The translations under genes were made by a program, and so were the position numbers. From NCBI GenBank assembly GCA_017654855.1, contig CM030338.1, positions 3,534,001 to 3,598,000 of the forward strand: 64,000 nt of DNA, in the 5' to 3' direction. The notes under the pieces were generated by a model. It did no database searches and was not told where the DNA came from. It worked only from the letters and a program-made list of their open reading frames with translations. This DNA is from Podospora anserina (Eukaryota). Shown here piece by piece: positions 36,215-49,900 of this stretch (the first letter of the stretch is position 1; the number at the start of each line of letters is the position of its first letter).

Positions 36215-39200
36215 CTATATTTAAGTTATAAATACCGTCCGTAAACTTAAATGTTTACCTTTTTAGTTATTACCGTTAATAGTATATTTTCGACTTTCTT
36301 TCATCGTAATTAAGGCATATAATATTAAATAGTGCTAAATTCTTTTATATTTATTAGTTTTATAATATAATATGTAGTATATTGATTATTATATTAAATG
36401 TATAAAATCGATTTTTTTTAAAGTTCTTTATATTTTAAGTTTAAAAATCTTTTTATCATTTAAATACGTTTTATTTATTTATTTAGATTTTAATCGGTTT
36501 AAGTATTGTTAGTATAACTTTGTTTATTTATTTAAGTAACTAAGATTTACTTTTAGCTTTTACGAGTCATTTATAGCAGAATATCTTAATTAATTAATTA
36601 AAGACTTTAATTAATTTACATTAAACTATAAATGTAAATATTTCTTTTATATCGTATTTTTTCTTTATCCTCCGCTACTTCCTATGTATTAGCTTTATTT
36701 ACCAGTAACATAGGTTTTAAAAGTAATATATAAAAATATATAACTTTAAATGTATTATATTAGGTAACTTTAATTCAAATACCGTTTCCGATATTTTCTT
36801 CTAGCCATAAATAAGCCTACTCTCCTATAGTCCAGCTTCTTATTAAGTCTCTTAGTACGTAAATTACGTGTGGAAAGGAATCTTATATTTTCCTGTTTAA
36901 AGCGAGGTCCTTTAAGCCGTTTAATATTATAATATTTCCGTATCTTTTGCCTTATAAACTTTTCTTTTATATTTACTGTAAAATATATATAGTTTATTTA
37001 CCTTAACCCTAACCCTAAGTACTTTAATGCTAGGTCTTTACTATAGCTTTATTTTATATTTAAAGTTTGTTAAAAATAGAGTAACTTTAATTATTTATAT
37101 TAATAATATATATATGTTAATTATAATATAGATAATCATTTAATTTAATCGTTTTAGTCGGGATTAATATAATTCTATAAATATTTGTTTTACGATTTAA
37201 TCAAGCCGTTCCGTTCCATTATTTATTTAAGGGTAGTAGACCAAATATATTTTATTTATTATCCTTAATCTTATTATTAATACTCTTGAAAATCTTACTA
37301 CGAATTTAATATAACGGTCTGTAATAAATTGTTTTAACTATATAAATATTATTATAATATACTATTATACTATATCTGGTAATTACTTTACCGACTAAGT
37401 CTCCTTATAAGGTAAAAAGTACGTTTACTTAGTGAGCTTATGGATTACCGCTAATATATCATTATATTTAACGCCGGTTATTACACTTTTAGATTTTAGT
37501 AATTTAGTAAAAAAGCTTATAGTAATTAAATTCTACAATCGTTCCGCTATTAATAGTGATTCTAAAAACCCGTAAAATTTATATTTTCTAACTTTTAATG
37601 CTTTTATATATAGTGTAATTAAATAACTTCCTTAATATTGTCTTCAATTTTTAATTAGTTAAAATAATATTTAATTTTCCCTATAGTTTTTACAATACCT
37701 ACATATTTTCGGAGCTTCGATCTCTATACTTTTATTACTAATATTATCCTATTACCTAACTTTATATAGACTCGATTTTTATATTCTAGTCTTTCCTAAT
37801 TATCTTTTTAAATAATTTATAGCTTTAATTCTTTTTATTCGTATTACTTTTTGATATTATTACTTCATTTCCTTTAATATTTATTTGAAATAGTTTATTT
37901 ATAATATATTACGTAATACTTTATTTACGGCTAAAGTAAATACTTAAAAGTACCTTTTAACGTCTCCTTAAATAGTAGTAGTAACCCCCTGGGTATATCC
38001 TTATAATAGTTAGCTTACCTGCTAAATGCGTATACCTTAGCGTTTTCCGAACCTTTTTTATAATTGATTTAAAAATTAAACTCCGAAAGAAACTTTAACT
38101 ATAGTATTTATTATATAATAAGGACTTTGATAGTAATAAAATATCGGAAATTCTTGTAATCTATATAGACTTATATCTTGTAATTATTATTATTAAAATA
38201 TAGCTTCTACTCTTTGAACGCTTCGATAATAATAAGTAAGTCTTTATTATAAATTAAAGTTCTAACATACCCCTTTTGAAGTTTTCGAAAAATAGGCTAC
38301 CGGGTATAGCTTTCCGTTATCGTTTCGCTAGCTTAATTATTGACTAATCGTATAGTTTAATATCTTGGCCTTGACCTTATATAATCAATTATGGTTTTAT
38401 AATTTAGATACCGGGTCCTTTAAAATAACTTCTTTTAGCTCTTAAAAGGCTTACTTTTCTTCCTACCTCCACCGGAATTCTATATCTTTCTTAACTAAAT
38501 AATTAAATAATTGCATAATCCTTATATACCCCTAGATAAATATCCAATAAAAATTTATAAACGTTAAAATTTCCTAATATATATTTATAACTATAGCGTA
38601 AACTAATCCTTAATTACTATAATTTTCCTAAGTTCTATACGAACCTCTCTTAACGATATTAAATATTGGAAATGTACTATCTTTTATACATAAAACTCGT
38701 TTTTCTTTTTATTAATCAAGAGTCCGGCTCTATATAGCGCGTTAAATATCTTTCGTATATATCGCTTATACTTCTCTAAAATACATAAATAAATAAAAAT
38801 ATTATTGAGATAGTATATTATTATTTTATCGAAGTACTTCCGGATTATATATTTAACACGAGATAGAACGTTATAAGTATATTAATTAGCCCAAATAGTA
38901 TTATAAAATACTCGAATTAATTATAAAGACTATAAAATATTATTTTCTATTTATTTCTTTCTTTAATGCGTATATAAACGTACCCGATAAGTATATCTAA
39001 AGGTATAAAGTATTGCGCTCTAACTAATAAACTTTATAATTTAAATATTAATAGTCATAAGTAATTATTTCTATTATTTCGTTATTTAATTAATAATAAT
39101 TAGTATATAGTTATGAATTACTGTGCTTCTTTAATATGAAAATATAGAGTATTTTACTAGAAATATAAACTCCCCCATATTTCTTTTTAAAAAGAAATTG

Positions 39201-40029
39201 GCTTATTTAAATACTTCCGGAATTTTTTATTTGGATTATCGTTAATATAATAGACCTTAAATAACTATATTTTAATTACTTTTTTTAGCTTAATTTCGTA
39301 GTGCTACGGTCCTCGCTCTAGAAGTCCCTCTAAATACTTAGCCGTAAAAGTTAGGTATCCTCGATATTTTACCGCTACTATTCTTTTTTACTTTTTCTAT
39401 ATTATTGTAGTAAGCGTACTTATTAACCTCCGATATTTCTACTAATATCGTTAACCTTATTTTTTTAAATTTTATTAGTTTTATTAATAAACTATATCAT
39501 TATTTTTCAATTCTCTTACCGTAATACCGCAAAAGGTATTTATCCTATACTTTACTTTATATATACTTTTAACTTTCCATCGTTAATTAAGTTTTTTTAA
39601 AGTCTTTTTAGTCGTAGGTAACTACTATCCCGTTAATCAATATCTAAGTTATAACCTTTATATTATAGTTACCCTAGAATTATATCCTTCGAGGGTTCTA
39701 CATTTATAATATCGAATATAATTAAAATTATTTTCTTTTCGATTATAATATTAGGAGGTAGTATTTCTCTATGGATTTTTCACGTCGGAAATAATCCTTA
39801 TATAACGATTTATTCCTTCTTTTTATTATAGTATTTTAATTTAGTATATAAATTATAACTAAATTAAGCTTATGTTTATACTTTTATTTATTAATACTAT
39901 TACCTAAATATTCTTTTAGTATACTATAACCTAAAAGCATTTTGTTTTACTTCTTCCCTATATAGTAGTGACTTTACTAATAAATATCGTGTTATTATCC
40001 TAAACTTTCGTTTTATACCGATACTTCCG

Positions 40030-40471
40030 TGTGACGAACCCCTGTACAGAACCTCTGAAAGGGATACGGGTTGAAGATAACTTCTGACAATTGGTTCGGT
40101 GCAGCTAGACAGTGCACAACAAGATGTCTCAATGTAAACACAAGATACCGTGAATACAACTGTGGATTGCATACTGCGGAACTGTCTATCTATACCAGCC
40201 AGTTCCTCCGTATATATAGATCCTGGGGCCCTGAGGTGCTCGCCCTGCTACGGCCCCGATTACCCATAGCACATTGCATCCTGCGATGTGCTCGTCGTGC
40301 TATGCCTCTGATCACTCGTAGCATCTTGCATCCTGCAGAGTGCTCGTGTGTATTGGCGCCATAGCACTTTCGTCCAGCTCTGATTGGCTGTCTCCTGACT
40401 TCTCTAATGATTGGCTAGGGACGTCCTGCGCCCCACATGTGGCGCGGCCTGCTGTTCGGTTAACTGTGACA
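40030..40471 (-). mobile_element. Gypsy solo LTR with 5-bp TSD
   Basis: TGTGAC..GTGACA, 442 bp, TSD TTCCG on both sides; little RIP damage. Confidence 0.95.
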
Positions 40472-40805
40472 TTCCGATACTATTATTCGTAATCAGCTAC
40501 AGGTTATTAATCCCTATAAAGGGCCGCGAGTTATTTCTTAAATAATTATATTATTTTAAAAATATCCTTTTACTTTATGTTATTTAATAATATAAAATCT
40601 TTTAATTATTTTCGCTTAACTTCCTTTTATTTTCCGTCTTTAATTTCCTTAATATTTTATTATATTTATATCCGATAGTAAATCCTTTACTTATTATTTC
40701 TTTAGGCCTTTTTATTTAATAATATTACTTAACTTTTCCTCGTAAATATAACTCGTAGTCCGGGCTTGGGTACTATTTCAATATTGTTTCTTCCTAAAAA
40801 ACTAT

Positions 40806-41166
40806 TGGTTTGGGGTGCGGCCACAGGCCTAAGAGTATAAGTAAGGAAGCGGGGCTCTCGGAAGACTCAGGGGTTCAGGGGTCATGTATATAAGCGGTCT
40901 GCTTCGGACATTCTATTTTAGACAAATCATCGACTTTTATTTTTCTTCGTATTTTGTGCCTTGCACGCGTGCAGGCAATTCTGGCCCTCTGATCAGGCCA
41001 ATCCGGTGCTTATTATGTGGCCTGCGAGCCCATAGTGTCTTTTCTTTGTCTTGAGTGAAGTGCGGCCTGCGAGCGAGTCACTGTCACGCAGGCGTGTCCA
41101 TTCAGGGACCTGTTGAGGGTATATTTGCGGTGTTGTGGTTGGTTTGTGTGTTTTTTCACCATTTCA
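40806..41166 (+). mobile_element. 361-bp LTR-like insertion with 4-bp TSD
   Basis: TG..CA ends, internal GTATATAAG, CTAT on both sides; the Gypsy sequence resumes collinearly after it. Confidence 0.7.
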
Positions 41167-41608
41167 CTATATTATCATTTATATTCCTACCATTTATATA
41201 TTCGAAGTAATATCTTGTATACTTTAAAGCGAATTATATTATATAAAGGATATCCTTTAATTTAACCGTGTCCTAAACCCTTTATAGGAAATAATCGTTT
41301 AGTTCCTCACAGGCTCTTTTTAATGCAACTATAGTCCTCTTAATTAACTCTAGCTTACTTTCCTTATTTACTTTACGTACCGGCTAATAGCCGTACAGTA
41401 ACTTACTTTAATATTACTTTACATACTTATATATAATATATTTAAACTAAAGTACCCTCTAGTACTCTAAATCTTTAAATATAACGTTATACCGTATTTC
41501 CTTTATAAGGTATATAATATATAAGGATAGATATATTTCTTAGTATTATCGCCATTTCAATTCTTTTAGTTTTTTTACTTTTTTAATATTCTTCTTAACT
41601 TTTATATA

Positions 41609-43463
41609 ACGTGCATAATAAGCGAGCGCCGTAGATAAGCGAGCGCCGTACTTTTTACCACCCTACCACAGCTATCTTTAATTATATAACTATAATATTA
41701 GGAAATAACGATAATTGAACTAGAAATAGATGAATCAGATGATTCTGTAGCCTCCTGGTATGTACGTGCATTATAGTTAGGCTTACCGCATACGCTACAG
41801 TACCGAATCTTCGTACGAGACTCCCCTACACTATCACTACTTTATTGTATTTCCTAGGTTACTTACTTACCTATAGCCTTTTAATTTAGTAAATTCTGTG
41901 CCTTTTATATAGTAAGTAACCTTTTAAGCCGCACACGTGTTTTTTTGGTTCTCTGTCTTTTACTAAGCTCCTTATTAGCCTTACGTAGCGAAGAGACCTC
42001 TATATGGAAAAGAGCTACCTCGTATATTATACTTATTACTTCTTTAGTAAATTAGTTTATAGCGGCTAGTATTAAAGTTAAAGAGCTATCTTAATAATTA
42101 GAAATTCGAGTTTTAATAAGTATTAATTATAAAGTAACCTTTCGAAGGTTATATAGTATTTAAGAGACTTAAGGTAATACCGTAATTAAGTTTAAGGCTA
42201 AAGGTATTAGGGTCTAAATATATATATTTAATTTAAATATTATCCTTTTTAAATTATATAATATAACATTAAGTTTAATAAAATCTTTTTAAATATTTTT
42301 TTTTATAATCGAAATAAAAAATATTTTTTAAATATATAAAAAAACTTTAATTTATTAATATATATAATATTTATTTATATTAATTATTTAATTTAATAGC
42401 TATATTTTTTTTAATAATATAAAATAATTAATATTTAATAATTAATGTATATAGTAAAAGTACGGAAGTATATATAATATAATAATATTATATTTTAATA
42501 ATAAATCTCGAATTTTTTAGAGTAATAGCTTTTATAACCGTTAAGGATTAATAACCGATATTTATTTTTCGTATAAAATACTATATAAAAATTAAAGTAC
42601 CGAATTTAATTTATATTTTTTTATAAAGAATTTAATTATTATTAATTATTATAATATATTAAGTAATTAAAAAATTATATTTTTAATATTAATTAGTAAA
42701 ATAATATTATTCAATTAAAATATTAAATAATAAAATAATTTAATTTAAAATATTTACTTTTTAAATAATTATAATTTATTTATAATTATTCAACTAAATT
42801 TATTTAATTTCATTACGGTTATCCGAAGTTATAATTATTATATTTATAAAAATAATATTTATTATAAACCTAATTTCGTCGAAATTATAAATAATATTAT
42901 TTATAATACTATATTTAACTTTAATATTCTGTATAAAGGTAAATTATTCGCTAAAAACCTTTAAATTCTTATATTTAACCATTTAATAATTATATTTATA
43001 TGTAAAACACGTCCGAAGTTCTAATTAATATTTAATAAAGTTATAAGCCTATCGTACGTTAATAAGAAGCGCGTCGCGTTTATATAATAATCGATTAACT
43101 ATATCTTTTATATACGAAAGTCGGGGATAAAATATACGTATAGATAACTTAATTATATATGAAATAATTAATTTTTTTTTAATTTTATAAATTTACGCGA
43201 ATTAACTAAAGTATTGCGTCGTATAAGTATACCGGTAAATCGATAATAAATAGTTCTATCGTTAACTTTATAGATCTTTACTGCGGCTCGTTTACTTAGA
43301 CTTTTATTGTTTTTTATAGCTTTAGCGGCCAGAATTACTCTAGTTTCGTTAAAGGTAAAAAACATGGTTTTTGGTTCAGAAATGGAATATTAAAGGTAGA
43401 GGGTTAGGTCGCGTGGAAAAGTGCGGCGCTCGCTTATCTGCGGCGCTCGCTTATCATACACGT
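41609..43463 (-). mobile_element. Fot1/Pot2 (pogo-like) DNA transposon, RIP-inactivated
   Basis: TA-flanked ~45-bp TIRs ACGTG..(ATAAGCGAGCGCCG)x2; 1855 bp; transposase ATG at 43365 with HTH N-terminus and a C-terminal CCHC remnant. Confidence 0.93.
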
Positions 43464-44897
43464 TACAATGTTTAACAAGTTAACTTCGTAAATATTTTTC
43501 AAAATTTTAAAGTTAATTTTAATACTTTTAAAACTATAATACTAAAATAAAGAATTAATTACAACCTATTAATGGTTAGGTTATTCTTCTGTAAAAGAAC
43601 GCTCTTAATAGTTTAAAGTAAGCTTCTTAGTCCTCATAATGAGAGGTTTCAGTAATATTTAAAGCCTTAGGTTTGATGTTTGTATTTTTAATATAGTTAT
43701 TTATTTTTACCCGAAAAATAAAATTATTATTATTAACTACCTTGAAAATTATTTATTTGCCGACCTTAATTCATTTACATATATATCATGGGCTTTGAAC
43801 AAAACTATAAGAAAATATAATAATAATGTGGAAACCTAGGTATTATTTACTATTAGCATAATACCAATCTAAATTATAATCATTTTTAATATCATATCAA
43901 GATTAACGGAAAGGATTATGGTACCCAAAAAGATATCCAAGTGTATTTATATAGTACTAATTTATATATTAAAATATAAAATTAACAAAGTAATTCAAAA
44001 TACCCAACCCCCCTTATTAAACTATATTGACTCTTATCATGAAGTATAAATAAATTAATAAATCAAGTAACAAAAATTCAACAATTAATATTAATATAAA
44101 TTATATAAATTGAAGCTTTACTTTAAACTTATTTTATATTAAGAGCAAAAATAACAATAAATCAAAATAAATAAATACAATAAAAGATATCTTTGCATAT
44201 ATTAAGAATATCAATAAAGAGTTTAAAAGAAATTGAATTAAAAGAAAGGTGAAAGTGGTTAAAGGAAGAGTTAAAGGAATAAACAAAAGTTAAAGGAATA
44301 GAAAAAGTAAATAAATGAAAAACTTAGCTTTTTAATAAAGTGATAATAAAGAATTGTGTAAATAAGTGAATATATTTTTTATATTATATCATTATTACTT
44401 TATAAAGCATGGAATACAATAAATAATATATTGTTAATAGCACATATAAGATTATAAAAAGAACTGTATTAAACAGGTTAATATATTAAATGTGAGGTAG
44501 TTTTTTTAATACATTTCATAGTATCTACGAGTCGTTATTTTATAAAGTATAGTTAGGGATATTAATAGGCTCTAATAATATCTAACATAATGGGCAGTAT
44601 ATTGGGCGACGGGTTAAACTATTTATCATTATACTATATACACTGTTCCTGTAGGAGTCTCTTTTTTTTTAATTAATAACTTTACTAATATTATATGTTA
44701 GCCTCTTCTCTTTATTGCCACACTACCTATTAAAGGTTATATTTCATTATTATAAAGATATTAGAAAGAAAATATTATTTATGAAGAAAGTATAAACAAA
44801 GTAAAGTTTAAAAAATCTAATAGTTTAAAAGAGAGAGTTCAAGATTAGTAACTTAATTAAAAAGATTAGAAAAGTAAATGATAATAGTATTTATGGG

Positions 44898-45343
44898 TGT
44901 GACGAACCCCTACCCAGAACCTCTGAAAGCGATACTAGTCGAAGGCGCTTCTGAACAACCTTGATTCGGTACAGCTAAACAATGTACAACAATGGCTTGT
45001 CTCAATCACAATAGTCTTAATACCAACGAATGTGACTTGAATTGCATACTGCGGAACTATCAACTACCCATCTAGTTCCGCCGTATATATAGACCTCGGG
45101 ACCCAGAGGTGCTCGCCCTGCTATGGCCCCGATTACCCCGAGCATATTGCATCCTGTAGAGTGCTCGTCGTGCTATGCCTTCGATCAGCCCAAGCATGTT
45201 GCATCCTGCAGACTGCTCGTGCTTCTTGGCACCATAGCACTTCTGGCTAGCCTTGATTGGCTGCCTCCTGACTAGTCTAACGATTGGCTAGGGACGTCCC
45301 GCGCCCCTCATACTGCTGACCTGCCGTTGGCTTAACTGTGACA
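44898..45343 (-). mobile_element. Gypsy solo LTR, no TSD
   Basis: Close relative of 40030-40471 and 60422-60873; flanks ATGGG/CAATG differ. Confidence 0.9.
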
Positions 45344-46279
45344 CAATGGCAGCAGTCGCGCTCTGTTAGTAGTAATCCGCTTATTACTTAGGCACGTTCT
45401 AACCTTTTCCTCGTCTGGTAGCGGCAAGCTTTCTTAGTAAACTTAAACTTATATTTCTCGCCTCTCCGACGTATATATATCTATACCTTAACATTATAAG
45501 TCTGATGGATATTAAGGTTATTTTTTTTAAGAGTACTTCATTTTCTTTTAAATTTCTAATTACTTCGGTCTCTTCTAGCCCCTTAGATATACTTATTAAC
45601 TGCTATTATGAAACATCAACGAGGTAAGGATTATATTATGGCCTTAGAGTAGGGTATAAATTACTAGTTTCTTTTATCATCGCTAATTTTTGTTGATATC
45701 ATATTAGTAGTATTCGTAGTTTATAGATTATATATTCGAAGACTTACTTTAGTTCTCTATTAAGCTGCACTTAGCTAGTCGAGTGGACTAGGATTATATA
45801 GCATTCCTCCCCCCTGTAAAAACATCGCATATGAAGCACCTCACTTAATGGTAGGATGTCACGGTTTAGAAGAAGCGGGGTCGCTAGGACCAGTGAGAAC
45901 GAGCGACGGATAAGTGGGGCCTGTGGAGCAGGGAATAACACGGGCTAAGGGATCTAGGAATTGGAAGATAGATCCGGGGATCTAGAGTTTGGAAGCTAGA
46001 TCCAAGGTATCTAGGAAATAATAAATAGTTCTACATACGGAAGTACTTAGAAGTTTAGGTCTATATACGGAGGAACTAAATAATATAAATAAATAGTTCC
46101 GTAATATATAATTTAAATTATAATCGTTAGTATTTAAATTATTACAATTAAAATAAGTTATTTATTATATACTATTTAACTATACCAAATTAGAATTATT
46201 TAGAAGTACCTTTAATTAATATCCCTTTTAGAGGTTGTAGATAAAGGTTCGTTATACGCTATATTTTTACTTTAATTCT

Positions 46280-46911
46280 TGTTAATGTGTGGGTACTACT
46301 AAGTGCCCTACTTACTGCCCTACAGATTGATATTACAGTGGGCAGTACTGCTATAAGCAGTAATGGAACTTCCCGGCTTGGATCCCTTTAGAATATTCTT
46401 TACAAGGGACCCTTAAAGGCTTACAGGGCTACTGTGGCCTGAGGCTTAGTCAATGGATACTAGAACCTTCCAAAGTGGCTACAGGCTTACGTAGTAAGTT
46501 GCCACAATAGTGTGATTTACAAGGCACCTCTGCTGCCGAAGGTTCTATGGATTTCCGTGAGTCTACACTAGACCCACCTAAGCCCACCAAATACCCCAAA
46601 GTGGTATAGGGGCTTCCAGGGCCTACAGGACCCACAGTAGGCCTACGAAGGCCTATATATAGACCTCTCCTCTCTCCTGTAGAATAGTTCTCTTTCTTTC
46701 CTTAAGGGCAAAAGCTTAAGGCTAAGGCTTAAGGCCAAGGCCAAGGGTAATAAAGGCAATTCTTATTCTTTATACCTCACTGTATTACAGTGCTTTACCT
46801 TCCTTCGGCACTGCCGTGGTATCCTCCCGCTTCCGCTTGCGCACTGCTGTATTTTACAGCAACCCTGTATAGGTTCTATATTATAGGCCTATCAGGGCTT
46901 ACCAGCTAACA
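46280..46911 (+). mobile_element. Solo LTR of an unrelated family with 5-bp TSD
   Basis: TGTTA..TAACA, 632 bp, TSD ATTCT, internal CTATATATAG; inserted just after the host 5' LTR. Strand tentative. Confidence 0.88.
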
Positions 46912-49900
46912 ATTCTATTACGGATAAATATAAGCGTTTTTTTATTACTATAGCCGGACCCAAAAACGTTTAGATAAAAAGCGTTCCGCTTAGCCTAGGC
47001 AGTAAAGGACCTTCTATTAATATTACACTTATATCCTTTACTGTAAAATAGGTTATTAAGCGTTTTGAGGAATTCGAGGATGAGGCTTAGTAAACCCGGG
47101 AGTAGATTATTACTATATCAATTACGCTTAGGATAATACCGAAATTCCCGGTACCGGAATATTATAGAGAAGGAAAGATAAAGCTTAGAGAGTTTTTAAT
47201 TTAATTTAAAATCTATTTTCGTTAGTACTTAAATTAATTTAGTAACGAAGAGTCGAAAGTAATCTTCGCGACTACTAAGCTTAAAGATAAGGCTCTTATA
47301 TAGTTCGAACTTATTTTCGATAATTACTATAAAATAGAGCCGGAGGACTAAAAAAAGATTACTATAAAATACTTCAAAAACTATCGTATTTTCGAGAGTA
47401 AGCTTAAGGAAGTATTTAGAGAGTACGACGAAGTAAAGTATATGTAAAAGAGGCTTATAAACTTACGTTAAACACGCTTAACGGTTAATTACGTGACTGT
47501 ATTTAAAATCGATAGTTTACGTAATACTATTAATAATAAAGGATTAATATGACTCTTTTATAATAGCCTTAAGGAAAAAATAAAAGATAAATTATATAAA
47601 GAGTCGAGGATTAATATTATAGGTAAGTATATCGCCACAGCTATACTAATCGATAATTAATAATTCTAACCTTATACGGGGAAAAAAAGTAATAACCGGG
47701 GTTATTATAGTAATAAGGAATACTTTAGTAATAACCGCCCTAACAATAAATATAAACGGAAATGCTTTAATATTAATTACTTTAATTTTACGTACTTGGG
47801 ACCGATAAACGTTAATATTATTTAATAGTAAAGGCCGTAAGGCCGGCACTAGGGTAGAAATAAGCTTAAATACTTTGATTATAATAAAGTAAAATACTTC
47901 AAGAAGAACTGTAAAGTATTTAAATTACTTGGATAAAAAAAGAAGATTATAGTAATTACTATATCGAGGGGACCGAGGGTTATAAATGTCGTAACTATTG
48001 AGTATTAATAAAGCGAAGCGGTAAGCGTCGAGAAGGACTTTAATTAGTACGCTAGATAAAAGGAAGCAGAATTCTAGGAGCTGCGGAAAGTAGTGGAAAG
48101 GCTAAAGGCAGCGTACGAAGAAAAAGATCTTTAAATATAGGTATTATAGGATTAGTTAATATAAGTTACTATAGAAATCGCTACGGAGGTCGTTAAGGAC
48201 GATAACTCTATATAGTAGGAAGGACTTACTAGGTAAACGATACTGGAAAAGTAATATAGCAAATACGGAATTACTATTTCGTAAAAAATATTATAGCCTA
48301 TAAAGTTTATATATAAAAGCTAAAAACAAATATTAAAAAAGTAAGAAAGTCATTAATATTAAGATCGTAAAGTTACTAAAAATATATTTAGCCTTATATA
48401 ATATATACCCTATAAAGGAAATATAGTATAGTTTTATTTTAAGTATCCGGAATATCGGAAAGTACCTTAGTCCTAGTATATTATATATAAATATAAAAAT
48501 TACTATTAGAGTAAGTCGCTATATAGTTACTAGCCGGTACGTAAAGTAAGTAAAAAAAGTAAGCTATAGTTAATTAAAAGGACTATAGTTAGATAGAAGA
48601 GAGCCTAGGAGGGCCTAAATGATCACGTTTTATAGAAGGTTTAAAACCCGGTTAAATTAAAGGATAGCTTTAAATAATACAAATCGTACTAAAGTATATA
48701 AAATACTATACTAAATACACGGACGGTTAAAATGAAAATAATAATATATATTTTTAGGAAAAAGGGATATTAGGATAGTACTTAAGCCTAAATTACGTAC
48801 TATATTTATAGGAGAAAGTTAAGTAATACTATTATATAAAAGCGCTTAAGTAAATAATTAAGTAAAAGAACCGCTATCGGATAAGGATATAAAAAAATAT
48901 TAAGGAAATAAGAAACGGAAAATAAAAGTAAACTAGGCGGGTATAGTTAAAAGACTTTATATTATTAGATAACCCGGAGTGGGAGGACGCTTTTAAATAA
49001 TATAACTGTTCAAGGAACGACTCGCGGCCCTTTGCGAGGGCCAGTAACCTTTAACGGACTACGAATAGTATTATCGGAAGTATCGGTATAAGGTAATGGT
49101 ATAGAATAACGATCCGATTCTAGTTAATAAAGTCGTTACGGTATAAAGAGGAGGTATAAACGATCAACGCTTTTAGATTATAGCGTACTAAGAGGATATT
49201 TAAGGGATAGTATTAGTAAATAAAAGTATAAAAACGAATTAATTTCTCTATAGTTCGTATACTAGATTAAATACTATAAAAGAAAAAGAAGAAATAGATC
49301 GTTATATAAAGATTATTTTTAACGTAAAAGGTCTATAGAGAAATAGTACTTTTAGATATTATAATCGAAAGGAAAATAATGGTAATTATGTTCGATATTA
49401 TAAATATAGGACCCTCGAAGGATATAATCCTAGGGTAATTATAATATAAAAACTATAATTTAAATATCGATTAGAATGATAGTAGCTACTTACGATTAAA
49501 GGAACTTTAAAAGTATTTAATTAGTAATAGGAGATTAGGAGTATATATAGAATAAAATGTAAAATAAGTACCCTTTAGGGTATTACCGTAAAGAGCTTAA
49601 AAAGTGATAATATACTTTATCGATATAAGTAATAAGATCGAAGAAGTAAGGTTAACGATATTAGTAAAGATATCAGAAATTAATAAATATATTTACTATA
49701 ATAGTATAAATAGTATAAAGAAAGGCGAGAAAAAGGTAATACCGGTAAAATATCGAGAATACCTAGCCTTTACGGCTAAGTATTTAGAGGGACTTTTAGA
49801 GCAAGGACCGTAGGACTATAAAATTAAGTTAAAAGAAGGAGCCACACTACGGTTATTTATGGTCTGGTATATTAACGATAGATAGAGTAAAGAATTACGG

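Larger units (their letters stand above)
36014..41608 (-). mobile_element. Truncated RIP-degraded Ty3/Gypsy internal region (part of gag, pol, 3' region) with two nested insertions
   Basis: Collinear reverse complement of about 48300-52880; RT YLDD remnant near 38800; interrupted at 40030-40471 and 40806-41166. Confidence 0.88.

Noticed and set aside
35525-41169. Single 5.6-kb TIR transposon bounded by the 146-bp inverted repeats
   Set aside because: The right-hand copy is a self-contained insertion with its own TSD inside a Gypsy that continues on both sides, so these are two independent copies.
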